Part shown: positions 16,806 through 24,632 of the stretch, piece by piece
How positions within the stretch are numbered: position 1 is the first letter of the stretch
Layout of the letters: each line of letters opens with the position of its first letter
Assembly (NCBI GenBank): GCA_900769205.1
Contig: CAAGFS010000028.1
Location: 1 to 24,632 of the forward strand
Source: Clostridia bacterium
GTDB lineage: Bacteria > Bacillota > Clostridia > Christensenellales > CAG-917
Direction: 5' to 3'
Length of the DNA stretch: 24,632 nt
Notes under the pieces: model-generated
Seen by the model: only the letters and a program-made list of their open reading frames with translations
Databases searched by the model: none
Told to the model about the DNA's origin: nothing
Made by a program: the position numbers and the translations under genes

Positions 16806-18278
16806 TCATTTGATTTTTCTCGGTCTTTGTCTGAGAGCCTGCGCAACGAAATACAACGCCACCGCAATGCCGACAACTCCCACGACGACGAGAATGACGT
16901 ACCAAAGATTTGCGTCCACTCCCGCGCCCGATTTTGCGCGTTGCCACATATTGACGACGACGTCGTTGCGCGCGCCGAAATCGCGCATAACTCCCAACGT
17001 GTCGTTGATGACGGGATAGCGACCTTCGTCCGCAAAGTATTCTTCAACGTCGTATTCGTTGTCCTCGATGTACGCAAGCACGTCGTCGTCGTTTTGCAAC
17101 ACCGCTTTTGAAGTTGCAGAAGTGTAGCCTATCGACACGGAGTTGCGTATCGAGCTCAGCGGGTTGCACATATAGTCGATAAACATCATTGCGGCAAGTT
17201 TGTTGTTGACGCTCGTGGGGATGCACCAGCCGTCGTACCAGATATTGCTTGCGCAAGGCGGGACGTAATAGCCGAGCTGATAGGTGTCCGTTTCTTCGTC
17301 GTAGTCGCCTTCTTCAATCGCCCATAGTGCGTCGCCGCTCCAGGCAAAGTCGGCGTAAACGATTTCGTTTATCATGTCGTCCTTGCCGAAGTCCACTTCA
17401 TAACCCGAGATATGATCTCTTTGTTCGGTGAGCACTTTTTCAGCCGCCGAAACCATCTCGTCGTCGGTGCAGTTGATGAGTTGTTGCACGGTGTAGCCGG
17501 CGTATTTTTCGGGGAGAAGATCGTACTCGTACATATAGAAGATAGCCGCCGCGTAGGTGTCTCGCACGCTGTCTTTCATAAGGATTTTGTTTTCGAGCTC
17601 GGGATTGCCCTGTACGTTCCAAAGCACGCCCCAGCCGTATTCTTCGAGTTCTTCCATGCTCACGACGGAAGTGTTGTAGAGTATTCCCAGCGTTCCGTAC
17701 ATATAAGGCACCATAAACTCGGTCATATCGTAGGTGTTGCCGTCCTTTGCGACGATGGAGCCGAACATGGACTTTATCGTGTCCATAACCGCAGGCTCGA
17801 TGTTGCCCCAATTGGTGTGCGTGACGTCGTTATACGGGGTTAAACTGCTCATATTGTCAAGTGAAATGCCGTATTCGTCAAGTTGTGGCTGCAATTCTTC
17901 TTTCAAAGTTTTGTGGTTGAGAAGACATCCTGCGGTGAGCAATTTTTCGATTGCGTATTCGCTGGGACAAATCAAATCGACGTTGGCATCCCCTTTGAGA
18001 ACCTTGGTCATCATCGTTTCGTTGGTGTCGAAAGTGGTGTAGGTGATAGAGAGCGCGCGTCCCGTTTTTTCCTGATAATAGTCGGCAAACTCGTCGAGAA
18101 GTCGTTTGCCGGTTTCCTCGTCCTTTGCGGTGTCTATGTAGTCTTCCCAGTTGTAGATGACGAGCTTGTCGCCGCCGCTTTGCACCGTTCCGCTTGACGA
18201 ATTGCACGCCGAGAGCGCGGGAAGAAGAAGGCATATCGCAACCAAGGATATTACGATGAGTGAAGCAAATCTTTTCAT
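16806..18278 (-). CDS. potD: spermidine/putrescine ABC transporter substrate-binding lipoprotein with extra C-terminal TM helix
   Basis: True start ATG 18278 (MKRFAS..LSAC lipobox, TAATG-coupled to potC). Motifs YNWEDYI, CPSEY, VPYMYGTLG, WSGDA and WYDGWCIP. Confidence 0.9.
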   Translation of the reverse strand: MKRFASLIVISLVAICLLLPALSACNSSSGTVQSGGDKLVIYNWEDYIDTAKDEETGKRLLDEFADYYQEKTGRALSITYTTFDTNETMMTKVLKGDANVDLICPSEYAIEKLLTAGCLLNHKTLKEELQPQLDEYGISLDNMSSLTPYNDVTHTNWGNIEPAVMDTIKSMFGSIVAKDGNTYDMTEFMVPYMYGTLGILYNTSVVSMEELEEYGWGVLWNVQGNPELENKILMKDSVRDTYAAAIFYMYEYDLLPEKYAGYTVQQLINCTDDEMVSAAEKVLTEQRDHISGYEVDFGKDDMINEIVYADFAWSGDALWAIEEGDYDEETDTYQLGYYVPPCASNIWYDGWCIPTSVNNKLAAMMFIDYMCNPLSSIRNSVSIGYTSATSKAVLQNDDDVLAYIEDNEYDVEEYFADEGRYPVINDTLGVMRDFGARNDVVVNMWQRAKSGAGVDANLWYVILVVVGVVGIAVALYFVAQALRQRPRKIK

Positions 18279-19105
18279 TACGCGTTTTTCTCCTTGTTCT
18301 TTTTCTTCTCGTGTGAAATCTTGACGAGATTGATTGACAGCACCGCCGCAAGCACTATGACGAATATAATCGAGAATATCGCGTACCAGAAGGGTTCGAG
18401 CCCTTGCACTCTCGCGTCGGAATAGATGAAGGTGGACAAGGTGTTGATGCCCGTTGCCGCGCCTTTGTTGATTTGCGTGATGATGAAATCGTCCATGGAC
18501 ATCACAAACGCCATCACGAATCCGCTTACGATGCCCGGCGTGATGATGGGTATCATGACCTTCGTCAAAGCCTTGAACGGATTTGCGCCGAGATCGAGAG
18601 CCGCTTCGTAGATGTTGGGGTCCATAGATTCGAGCTTCGGCAACACGCTCAACACGACGTAGGGGGTGCAGAAAGCGATGTGCGCGATGATAAGGCGCAG
18701 ATAACCTTCGGGGAAGGAGAACGTCACGAAGAATATCATCATCGAAACCGCCATAACGATTTCGCTGTTGATGATGGGAAATTGGTTGACGTTTTCGACG
18801 ATTCTGCGGGTGCGCTTGCCGAGATGGAATATGCCAATCGACGCAAACGTGCCCATCACCGTTGCGACGACGCTGGATACGCTTGCTATGATAAGGGTGT
18901 TTGCAATCGCGCTCCAAAGCTCGGGCGACTTGTCCGAAGTGATTATCGACACGTACGCATCGAAACTGAATCCGTTGTCAAAGTTGAAGTTGGAACTGTT
19001 TGAAAACGAATAGACGATGAGCAGTATTATGGGCGCGTAGAGTATGGCAAGTATGACGAGAAGATAGAACTTCTCGAAAAAGCCTATTATCTTTTGCTTT
19101 ACCAT
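18278..19105 (-). CDS. potC: spermidine/putrescine ABC transporter permease
   Basis: LYAPIILLIVYSF, EAA loop YEAALDLGA, SMDDFIIT. Confidence 0.92.
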   Translation of the reverse strand: MVKQKIIGFFEKFYLLVILAILYAPIILLIVYSFSNSSNFNFDNGFSFDAYVSIITSDKSPELWSAIANTLIIASVSSVVATVMGTFASIGIFHLGKRTRRIVENVNQFPIINSEIVMAVSMMIFFVTFSFPEGYLRLIIAHIAFCTPYVVLSVLPKLESMDPNIYEAALDLGANPFKALTKVMIPIITPGIVSGFVMAFVMSMDDFIITQINKGAATGINTLSTFIYSDARVQGLEPFWYAIFSIIFVIVLAAVLSINLVKISHEKKKNKEKNA

Positions 19106-19899
19106 AGCGACCTCCTCACCGCGTTGCCGTTGCGGTTGAACTTGTTCATAACGAAGTTGGACAAAAGCACGAATGCGAGCATCACGAGACTCATAATCGA
19201 GCCGACGCCGTACATGCCTTGTTCAAAGCTGAGCTGAATGGAATCGCCGAAAAGGAATATCTTGCCGTTTGAAAGCAGTTGAGATATTGCGTAGGTGGAG
19301 ATGGTGGGGATGAATACCATCGTGATTCCGCTGAATATTCCGCTCAGCGACAGGGGAAGGGTGGTTTTGAGAAACACCGTTGCCTTGTCTGCGCCAAGGT
19401 CCTGTGCGGCTTCCGTGTAGCTCTTGTCTATGCCCGACAGAGTCGTGTGCAGGGGAAGTATCATAAACGGCAGATAGTTGTAAACCATGCCGAAAAGCAC
19501 CGTGCCCATTCCAAGCTCGACGCCAAGCGCGATAAATATCGCTTTGGTCGCAAGCGTGCGGATAAGGAAGTTGACGCCCATCGGAATGATGTACAAAAGC
19601 ACGAGTATCTTGCCGCTCGACATCTTCGAGAGAAAATACGCCACGGGATAGCCGATGAGAAGGCAAAGCACCGTCGTGATAACCCCCACAAGCAACGAGT
19701 TGCCCAAAACTATCAGGCTTGACTTCGACGTGAAAAAGATTTTGAAGTTTTCAAGCGTCAGATTGTTGCCGTTGTCAAGAAACGCATTCACAAGAATGAG
19801 AACGAGCGGTACGACAACGAAAAGCAGAAGAAAAAGGATATACGGAATGGAAAAAACCTTTTTCGTCAGCCTAAGTTTTTTGTGAACGATTTTTTTCAT
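19099..19899 (-). CDS. potB: spermidine/putrescine ABC transporter permease
   Basis: IGYPVAY, YNYLPFMILP and EAAQDLGA. Confidence 0.92.
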   Translation of the reverse strand: MKKIVHKKLRLTKKVFSIPYILFLLLFVVVPLVLILVNAFLDNGNNLTLENFKIFFTSKSSLIVLGNSLLVGVITTVLCLLIGYPVAYFLSKMSSGKILVLLYIIPMGVNFLIRTLATKAIFIALGVELGMGTVLFGMVYNYLPFMILPLHTTLSGIDKSYTEAAQDLGADKATVFLKTTLPLSLSGIFSGITMVFIPTISTYAISQLLSNGKIFLFGDSIQLSFEQGMYGVGSIMSLVMLAFVLLSNFVMNKFNRNGNAVRRSLW

Positions 19900-21527
19900 T
19901 CTTCAACGTTCTCCTTGCTTTCGTTCTGTGCGTCGGATTCTTCGCTTTGTTCTTGCAATTCGATGATTTCTTCGACGGCGTCAAACTTTTCGGGTTCTTC
20001 GAGGCGCGCCTTTTCGACTGCTTCCTGTTCTTCTTTGGTGAGAGTTTCGTCCTTTACGACTTTCTGCTCGACTTCTTCCTGCACGTCGCGCTTTTGCACG
20101 ATGATTTTTTCGGGGGCAATCTTTATGCCCACGCGGTCGCCTTTGAGCCAATCGTCGTCGGTGTCGGCAAAGAAGTTGTAGTGATCGTCCGTTGACAAAA
20201 TGGCTTGATAATAACTGCCCTTGTATATGGACGAAAGCACGTTTGCGCCGATGACGCCGTCTTCTTCGTCGTCGGTGATTTCGACGTCGTCGAAGTCAAC
20301 GAGCACTTTGACGGGCGTGCCGACGGGAAGGTCGGTCTTGCACTCGAAGTCCGCTCCGCAGATTTCAACCAGATTCTCGCCCGTGACGTAGGTGTCGATT
20401 TCGTTGATGATGCGGGTTTTGTGCATGATGTGAAGATCGAAGGGCTTGATGTAGATGCCCACCGTTTCGCCGATGTCGTAGGTGTCGGTGTCGTGCGCGA
20501 CGATCTCGTTGCCGTTTGCCATAAGCGTGATCTGATAGTGGTCGCCCTTGAACACGGAGGAGAGAACTTCCGCCGTGAGTATGGTCTTTTTGTCATCGAC
20601 TTTTTTGATTTTGACGTCTTCCGGTCTTATGATGACGTCGATGGGCTCGTTGTGCTTGAAGCCCTTGTCCACGCACTCGAACACGGTGTCGCAAAACTCG
20701 ACTTTGTAGTCTTCGAGCATCGTGCCCGACAAAATGGTGCTCTCGCCGATGAAGTCCGCAACGAAAGCGTTTGCAGGCTCGTCGTACACCTTTTCGGGAG
20801 ACGCGATTTGTTGTATCTCGCCCATTCTCATGACGACGATTTTGTCCGACATCGTCAACGCTTCTTCCTGATCGTGCGTGACGTAAATGAAGGTGATGCC
20901 AAGGCGTTTGTGCATATCCATAAGCTCGAGTTGCATATCCTTGCGCATTTTAAGGTCGAGGGCGCCGAGCGGTTCGTCCAGAAGAAGCACTTCCGGCTCG
21001 TTGACGAGTGCGCGTGCGATTGCCACGCGTTGTTGTTGTCCGCCGCTCAAGGAAGACACGTTTCTGTGTCCGTAATCTTCAAGGTCAACCATTTTGAGCG
21101 CGTTGTTGACTTTCTCTTTGATTTCCGCCTTGGTATATTTTCTGAAAAGCTGAACGGTTTCGCCTTTGCGGTTGGTTTTCGTCCCGTTGGGTATAACTTT
21201 GAGCTTAAGACCGAACGCGATGTTGTTGAAAACGTTCAGATGTGGAAAGAGCGCGTATTTTTGGAATACGGTGTTTACGGGGCGCAGATGCGGGGGAGTG
21301 TCCGTTATGTCCTTGCCGTTGAAGATGATTTTTCCACTCGTCGGCATTTCAAATCCTGCAATCATGCGCAAAGTGGTCGTTTTTCCGCAACCGCTCGGAC
21401 CGAGCAGAGTGACGAATTCACCGCGCTTTATGGTCAGGCTCGCGTTTTTGACGACTTGCTTTCCGTCGTACTCTTTGTAGACGTTGCGAAGTTCGATGAT
21501 GTTGTCAACCTGTGTTTTGTTTGTCAT
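19896..21527 (-). CDS. potA: spermidine/putrescine ABC transporter ATP-binding protein with duplicated C-terminal TOBE module
   Basis: GPSGCGKT, FQKYALFPH, LSGGQQQR, LLDEPLGALDLKMR and THDQEEALTMSD. Confidence 0.93.
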   Translation of the reverse strand: MTNKTQVDNIIELRNVYKEYDGKQVVKNASLTIKRGEFVTLLGPSGCGKTTTLRMIAGFEMPTSGKIIFNGKDITDTPPHLRPVNTVFQKYALFPHLNVFNNIAFGLKLKVIPNGTKTNRKGETVQLFRKYTKAEIKEKVNNALKMVDLEDYGHRNVSSLSGGQQQRVAIARALVNEPEVLLLDEPLGALDLKMRKDMQLELMDMHKRLGITFIYVTHDQEEALTMSDKIVVMRMGEIQQIASPEKVYDEPANAFVADFIGESTILSGTMLEDYKVEFCDTVFECVDKGFKHNEPIDVIIRPEDVKIKKVDDKKTILTAEVLSSVFKGDHYQITLMANGNEIVAHDTDTYDIGETVGIYIKPFDLHIMHKTRIINEIDTYVTGENLVEICGADFECKTDLPVGTPVKVLVDFDDVEITDDEEDGVIGANVLSSIYKGSYYQAILSTDDHYNFFADTDDDWLKGDRVGIKIAPEKIIVQKRDVQEEVEQKVVKDETLTKEEQEAVEKARLEEPEKFDAVEEIIELQEQSEESDAQNESKENVEE

Positions 21528-21651
21528 TGTCGTATTCCTTTTGAGAGTCGAGCTCTTATATTGATTTTCTTATTATTGATTTTCTTATTTTTTTTATATT
21601 TATAACCGACGGTTTACCTAGTCGATTTTGGCAGATAAAACGCCGTATTCG

Positions 21652-22185
21652 TCAAAACGTGGGCGGTGAAGCTATCCACAGCACAACCGCTTTTTCGCCC
21701 GTGCGATTTTCCAGATGATGCACTTTTGAAGACGAAAAATAAAACACCTCGCCTTTTTTGACGCAGTATGCCGCTTGCCCGATATGAAGCCAGACTCTGC
21801 CCGAAAGCACGTAGCCGAACTCCTCGCCTTCGTGGGGGACGTCTTCTTCGAGCGCGGTGTGCGGTTCTATCGTCACGCGGATAGGCTCCATCTCGTTCTT
21901 TTGTGCGTTGGGGACGAGCCACTCGATTTTGTGCGTGTTGTCTATCTTTTCGATAAACTCCGCTTCGGTGAACACCACCTTTTCTTCTTTTTCGTCCTTG
22001 AAAAAGTCCGCAAAAGTCGTGCCGAGCGCGTTGAGAATGTCTTCAAGCGTCGTGATGGACGGCGAAGTCAACTCGTTTTCAAGCTGTGAGATATAGCCCT
22101 TCGTCACTTCGCAACGGTCTGCAAGTTCTTCCTGCGTCAGGTTCTTTTGCAATCTCAATCGTTTGATTTTTGTGCCAAGCTCCAT
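21652..22185 (-). CDS. XRE-HTH plus cupin transcriptional regulator (PuuR-like) of the pot operon
   Basis: LTQEELADRCEVTKGYISQLE HTH and HEGEEFGYVLSG cupin motif, directly upstream of potA. SD AAGGAG. Confidence 0.9.
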   Translation of the reverse strand: MELGTKIKRLRLQKNLTQEELADRCEVTKGYISQLENELTSPSITTLEDILNALGTTFADFFKDEKEEKVVFTEAEFIEKIDNTHKIEWLVPNAQKNEMEPIRVTIEPHTALEEDVPHEGEEFGYVLSGRVWLHIGQAAYCVKKGEVFYFSSSKVHHLENRTGEKAVVLWIASPPTF

Positions 22186-22227
22186 ACTTTCTCCTTAATG
22201 CAAAAAAATACACGAAGCGTGCGTTCC

Positions 22228-22335
22228 GTTTAGGTTCACTAAACTTTCGGTGCAGTTTAGGCAAAACCAACCGCAAGTTTAATGAGTTTTGCATTTTTTA
22301 ACAAAAAGTTTAGCAAAACTAAACATATTTGTCAA
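22228..22335 (-). promoter_or_regulatory. promoter with palindromic operators GTTTAG-N5-CTAAAC for the regulator-pot operon
   Basis: Minus-strand TTGACA (22335-22330)-17 nt-TAAACT with TGn. Perfect palindromes at 22228-22244 and 22308-22324. Confidence 0.72.
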
Positions 22336-22558
22336 GTTTGATTATATATATTTGTGCATAGCGTGTCAATCGTTTTGAGTATATTTTTTCGACATAATTT
22401 TACACTTTGTATAGAAGCATGGAGTTGACGGTGGTGCAAAGCGTTTGTATAAGTTGTTTTGGGACGGTTTTTGTGATTTGCGACTTTTATAGAGCGTGAC
22501 ACGCTTTGAAAGACGACGCATAGCTTTTATATTCGTTTTCAATGCATATTTAAGGCGT

Positions 22559-22584
22559 AAAAAAATCCCCTGCAAGCAAGGGAT
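22559..22584 (-). terminator. putative intrinsic terminator downstream of L-serine dehydratase
   Basis: Minus strand ATCCCTTGC-TT-GCAGGGGAT-TTTTTT. Confidence 0.6.
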
Positions 22585-22726
22585 ATGAGTTTTTTTATTT
22601 TTGTTTGCACGCTTTATGCTTCGCGACGGATTTTGTATTTCGTTCGTGCGCTTCGGTTTTCAACCGAGTGCAAAACGCGATTTTGCGGATTTGCGTGGCG
22701 AAAGCGGTGCGTTGCACGTTTTACGC

Positions 22727-23962
22727 TCACTTTTTGCGTTGATATTTCATTCTGCGCAAACGGGAGTGGCGATAGCTTTTTGCAAGACCGCCGCCCGACG
22801 TTTCACGGTAGCGTTCGTTCAGGTCTTTGCCCGTCTGATACATGGTTTCGACAACAGCGTCAAAGGATATTTGCCTTGACGTTGTAAGGAAGTTTGCAAG
22901 GGACACGGCGTTTATGGCGCGCATTGCCGCAACCGCGTTTCTTTCTATGCAAGGGATTTGCACGAGTCCGTCAACGGGGTCGCAGGTGAGTCCGAGATGG
23001 TGCTCCATCGCGACTTCCGCGGAGTATTCGATCTGGTCGAAGTCCATGCCGAAAAGTTGTGCAAGAGCCGCCGCCGCCATGGAGCAAGCCGTCCCGCATT
23101 CCGCCTGACAGCCGCATTCCGCGCCGCTGATGGACGCGTTGGTCTTGACGATATTGCCGATTATGCCCGCGGTGCAGAGTGCGTCCACAACGTCGTCGTT
23201 TGAAAAACCGTGCAATTCCTGCTCGTAGCGAAGGACGGACGGAAGTATTCCGCACGCTCCGCAAGTTGGGGCGGTGACGATAACCTCGCCCGCTGCGTTT
23301 TGCTCGCTCACCGCAAAAGCATAGGCGCAAACGAGGCGGTTTTCCTTGGTTTGCGGAGTTTCGTCTATATGGCGTTGCTGATACAGCAGTTTTGCTTTGC
23401 GCTCGGTGTTGAGTCCGCCGGGCAGAACTCCGCTTGCTTTCAGCCCTTGTTTTATTGCGGATTTCATGGTTTCCCACACGTTTGACAGATAGTCGCGTAT
23501 CTGTTCGCCTTCAAAGCGCGAAACGTATTGCGGAACGGATATTTCCTGCTCGTCGCAGTATTCGCGGATTTGCTCGAAGGTGTGGTGGGGATAGACGTCT
23601 TCGGGTTCGATGGATTTTTCGCCTTCCACTTCGATTGCGCCGCCCCCGACGCTGTACACACGCCAGGAATCAATGATTTTCCCCGAATGGTCGATGGCAA
23701 ACAAATCCATTGTGTTGGGATGCGCTATCTGTTCGTTTTCAAAGTCGAAAACCACTTCCACGGGTTTTGTGAAAGTCTTTTGCAAGACGACGTCCGTGCC
23801 GTGTCCTTTGCCCGTTTTGGCAAGAGAGCCGTACAGCACCGCTCTGAAAGACGTGGCGCACTTGTTGCGCTCGGAAAAGAGTTCTGCGGCTTTTTCCGGT
23901 CCCATCGTGTGCGACGACGACGGTCCGCGTCCGACTTTGTACAATTCCTTCAAACTTTTCAT
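22727..23962 (-). CDS. sdaA: L-serine ammonia-lyase (Fe-S dependent, single-chain beta+alpha)
   Basis: GPSSSHTMGP, LYGSLAKTGKGH, TAPTCGACG, GCQAE, HHLGLTCDP and IPCIERN. ATG 23962 after GGAG. Confidence 0.93.
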   Translation of the reverse strand: MKSLKELYKVGRGPSSSHTMGPEKAAELFSERNKCATSFRAVLYGSLAKTGKGHGTDVVLQKTFTKPVEVVFDFENEQIAHPNTMDLFAIDHSGKIIDSWRVYSVGGGAIEVEGEKSIEPEDVYPHHTFEQIREYCDEQEISVPQYVSRFEGEQIRDYLSNVWETMKSAIKQGLKASGVLPGGLNTERKAKLLYQQRHIDETPQTKENRLVCAYAFAVSEQNAAGEVIVTAPTCGACGILPSVLRYEQELHGFSNDDVVDALCTAGIIGNIVKTNASISGAECGCQAECGTACSMAAAALAQLFGMDFDQIEYSAEVAMEHHLGLTCDPVDGLVQIPCIERNAVAAMRAINAVSLANFLTTSRQISFDAVVETMYQTGKDLNERYRETSGGGLAKSYRHSRLRRMKYQRKK

Positions 23963-23981
23963 AAAGACTCCTGTTGAAAGC

Positions 23982-24009
23982 ATTATAGCACAAACGCCGT
24001 TTTTATCAA
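23982..24009 (-). promoter_or_regulatory. putative sigma-A promoter for sdaA
   Basis: Minus-strand TTGATA-16 nt-TATAAT with extended TGn. Confidence 0.55.
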
Positions 24010-24070
24010 TTGTTTGCGCCCTGTTGCAATAAAAAATAATATATTTTTTCGCGATGTATTCGTCAAGCGT

Positions 24071-24100
24071 TTGCCAAGGGTATAAAAAGTGTGCTAATAT
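24071..24100 (+). promoter_or_regulatory. putative sigma-A promoter for typA
   Basis: TTGCCA-18 nt-TAATAT with extended TGn. Confidence 0.4.
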
Positions 24101-24203
24101 ATCACAGTTTTATATAGATATACGTTTACGCGACGTCCTTATACGCGCAAAAAGGCAAAAGCTTTGAGCGCATATTCCGACTCGTGCCAAAGAAGGCTCA
24201 ATT

Positions 24204-24632
24204 ATGGTTAGAAACGATTTGAGAAACATTGCAATCATCGCGCACGTTGACCACGGCAAAACCACGCTCGTGGACGGTATGCTCAAACAATCGGGCACTT
24301 TCAGAGAAAATCAACAAGTCGCAACCTGCGTTATGGACTCGGGTGACCTTGAAAGAGAGCGCGGCATCACTATTCTTGCAAAAAACACGTCCATACATTA
24401 CAACGGCACGAAGATAAACATCATCGACACTCCGGGGCACGCCGATTTTTCGGGAGAAGTGGAGAGAGTGCTCAAAATGGTCAACGGCGTCGTTCTTTTG
24501 GTTGACGCGCAGGAAGGTCCTATGCCGCAGACGCGTTTCGTGGTTGAAAAGGCGCTTGCTTTGGGACTTAAAATCATCATCGTCGTCAACAAAATCGACA
24601 AGCCCGACGCAAGACTCGACGAAGTGGGCGAC
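24204..24632 (+). CDS. typA: translational GTPase TypA/BipA (5' part, runs off the window)
   Basis: Read directly from the sequence (absent from the ORF track): [24 protein letters not shown]...[13 protein letters not shown]...[14 protein letters not shown]...[10 protein letters not shown]...NKID. Confidence 0.95.
   Translation, partial: MVRNDLRNIAIIAHVDHGKTTLVDGMLKQSGTFRENQQVATCVMDSGDLERERGITILAKNTSIHYNGTKINIIDTPGHADFSGEVERVLKMVNGVVLLVDAQEGPMPQTRFVVEKALALGLKIIIVVNKIDKPDARLDEVGD

Noticed and set aside
18279..18917. Apparent 703-aa PotD or PotC-PotD fusion/frameshift
   Set aside because: The extension is an alternative frame within potC. potD has its own ATG coupled by TAATG and a signal peptide.
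21555..21602. Short direct repeat TATTGATTTTCTTAT between the regulator and potA
   Set aside because: Two AT-rich copies only, likely a slippage duplication. No further support for function.
20205..21605. 466-aa ORF on +
   Set aside because: Typical antisense shadow ORF of an ABC ATPase gene (potA).
1..24632. CRISPR arrays, transposases, integrases, prophage or defence genes
   Set aside because: No repeat-spacer arrays or recognisable mobility or defence motifs in any ORF.

Overview
Chromosomal, mostly housekeeping and transport region of a bacterium with sigma-A-type promoters and Shine-Dalgarno sites. Gene content suggests a gut Clostridia-like Firmicute (inference). Left to right: tRNA-Ala(GGC) (-); GPH-family MFS sugar symporter; MarR regulator coupled to a membrane-embedded M28 peptidase homologue; membrane-anchored hypothetical protein; GGR-like FAD oxidoreductase; aminopeptidase P; xpt plus a BMP-type purine/nucleoside ABC transporter (+); a strongly structured 14.58-14.84 kb convergent intergenic region. 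Then, on the minus strand: a 62-aa ORF, yhbY, a CDF metal exporter, a regulator-potABCD polyamine uptake operon and a single-chain L-serine dehydratase. The window ends in the 5' part of typA/bipA (+). No CRISPR array, integrase, transposase or rRNA was seen. The best leads are: an M28 protein with degenerate metal/catalytic residues (probable pseudo-enzyme) under MarR control; two long imperfect hairpins with a GTAG-REP-like stem between them; a pot operon with a duplicated PotA regulatory module, a doubly anchored PotD and a readable GTTTAG-N5-CTAAAC operator; and recurrent acidic C-terminal tails on transporters. None is proven to be a new system from sequence alone.
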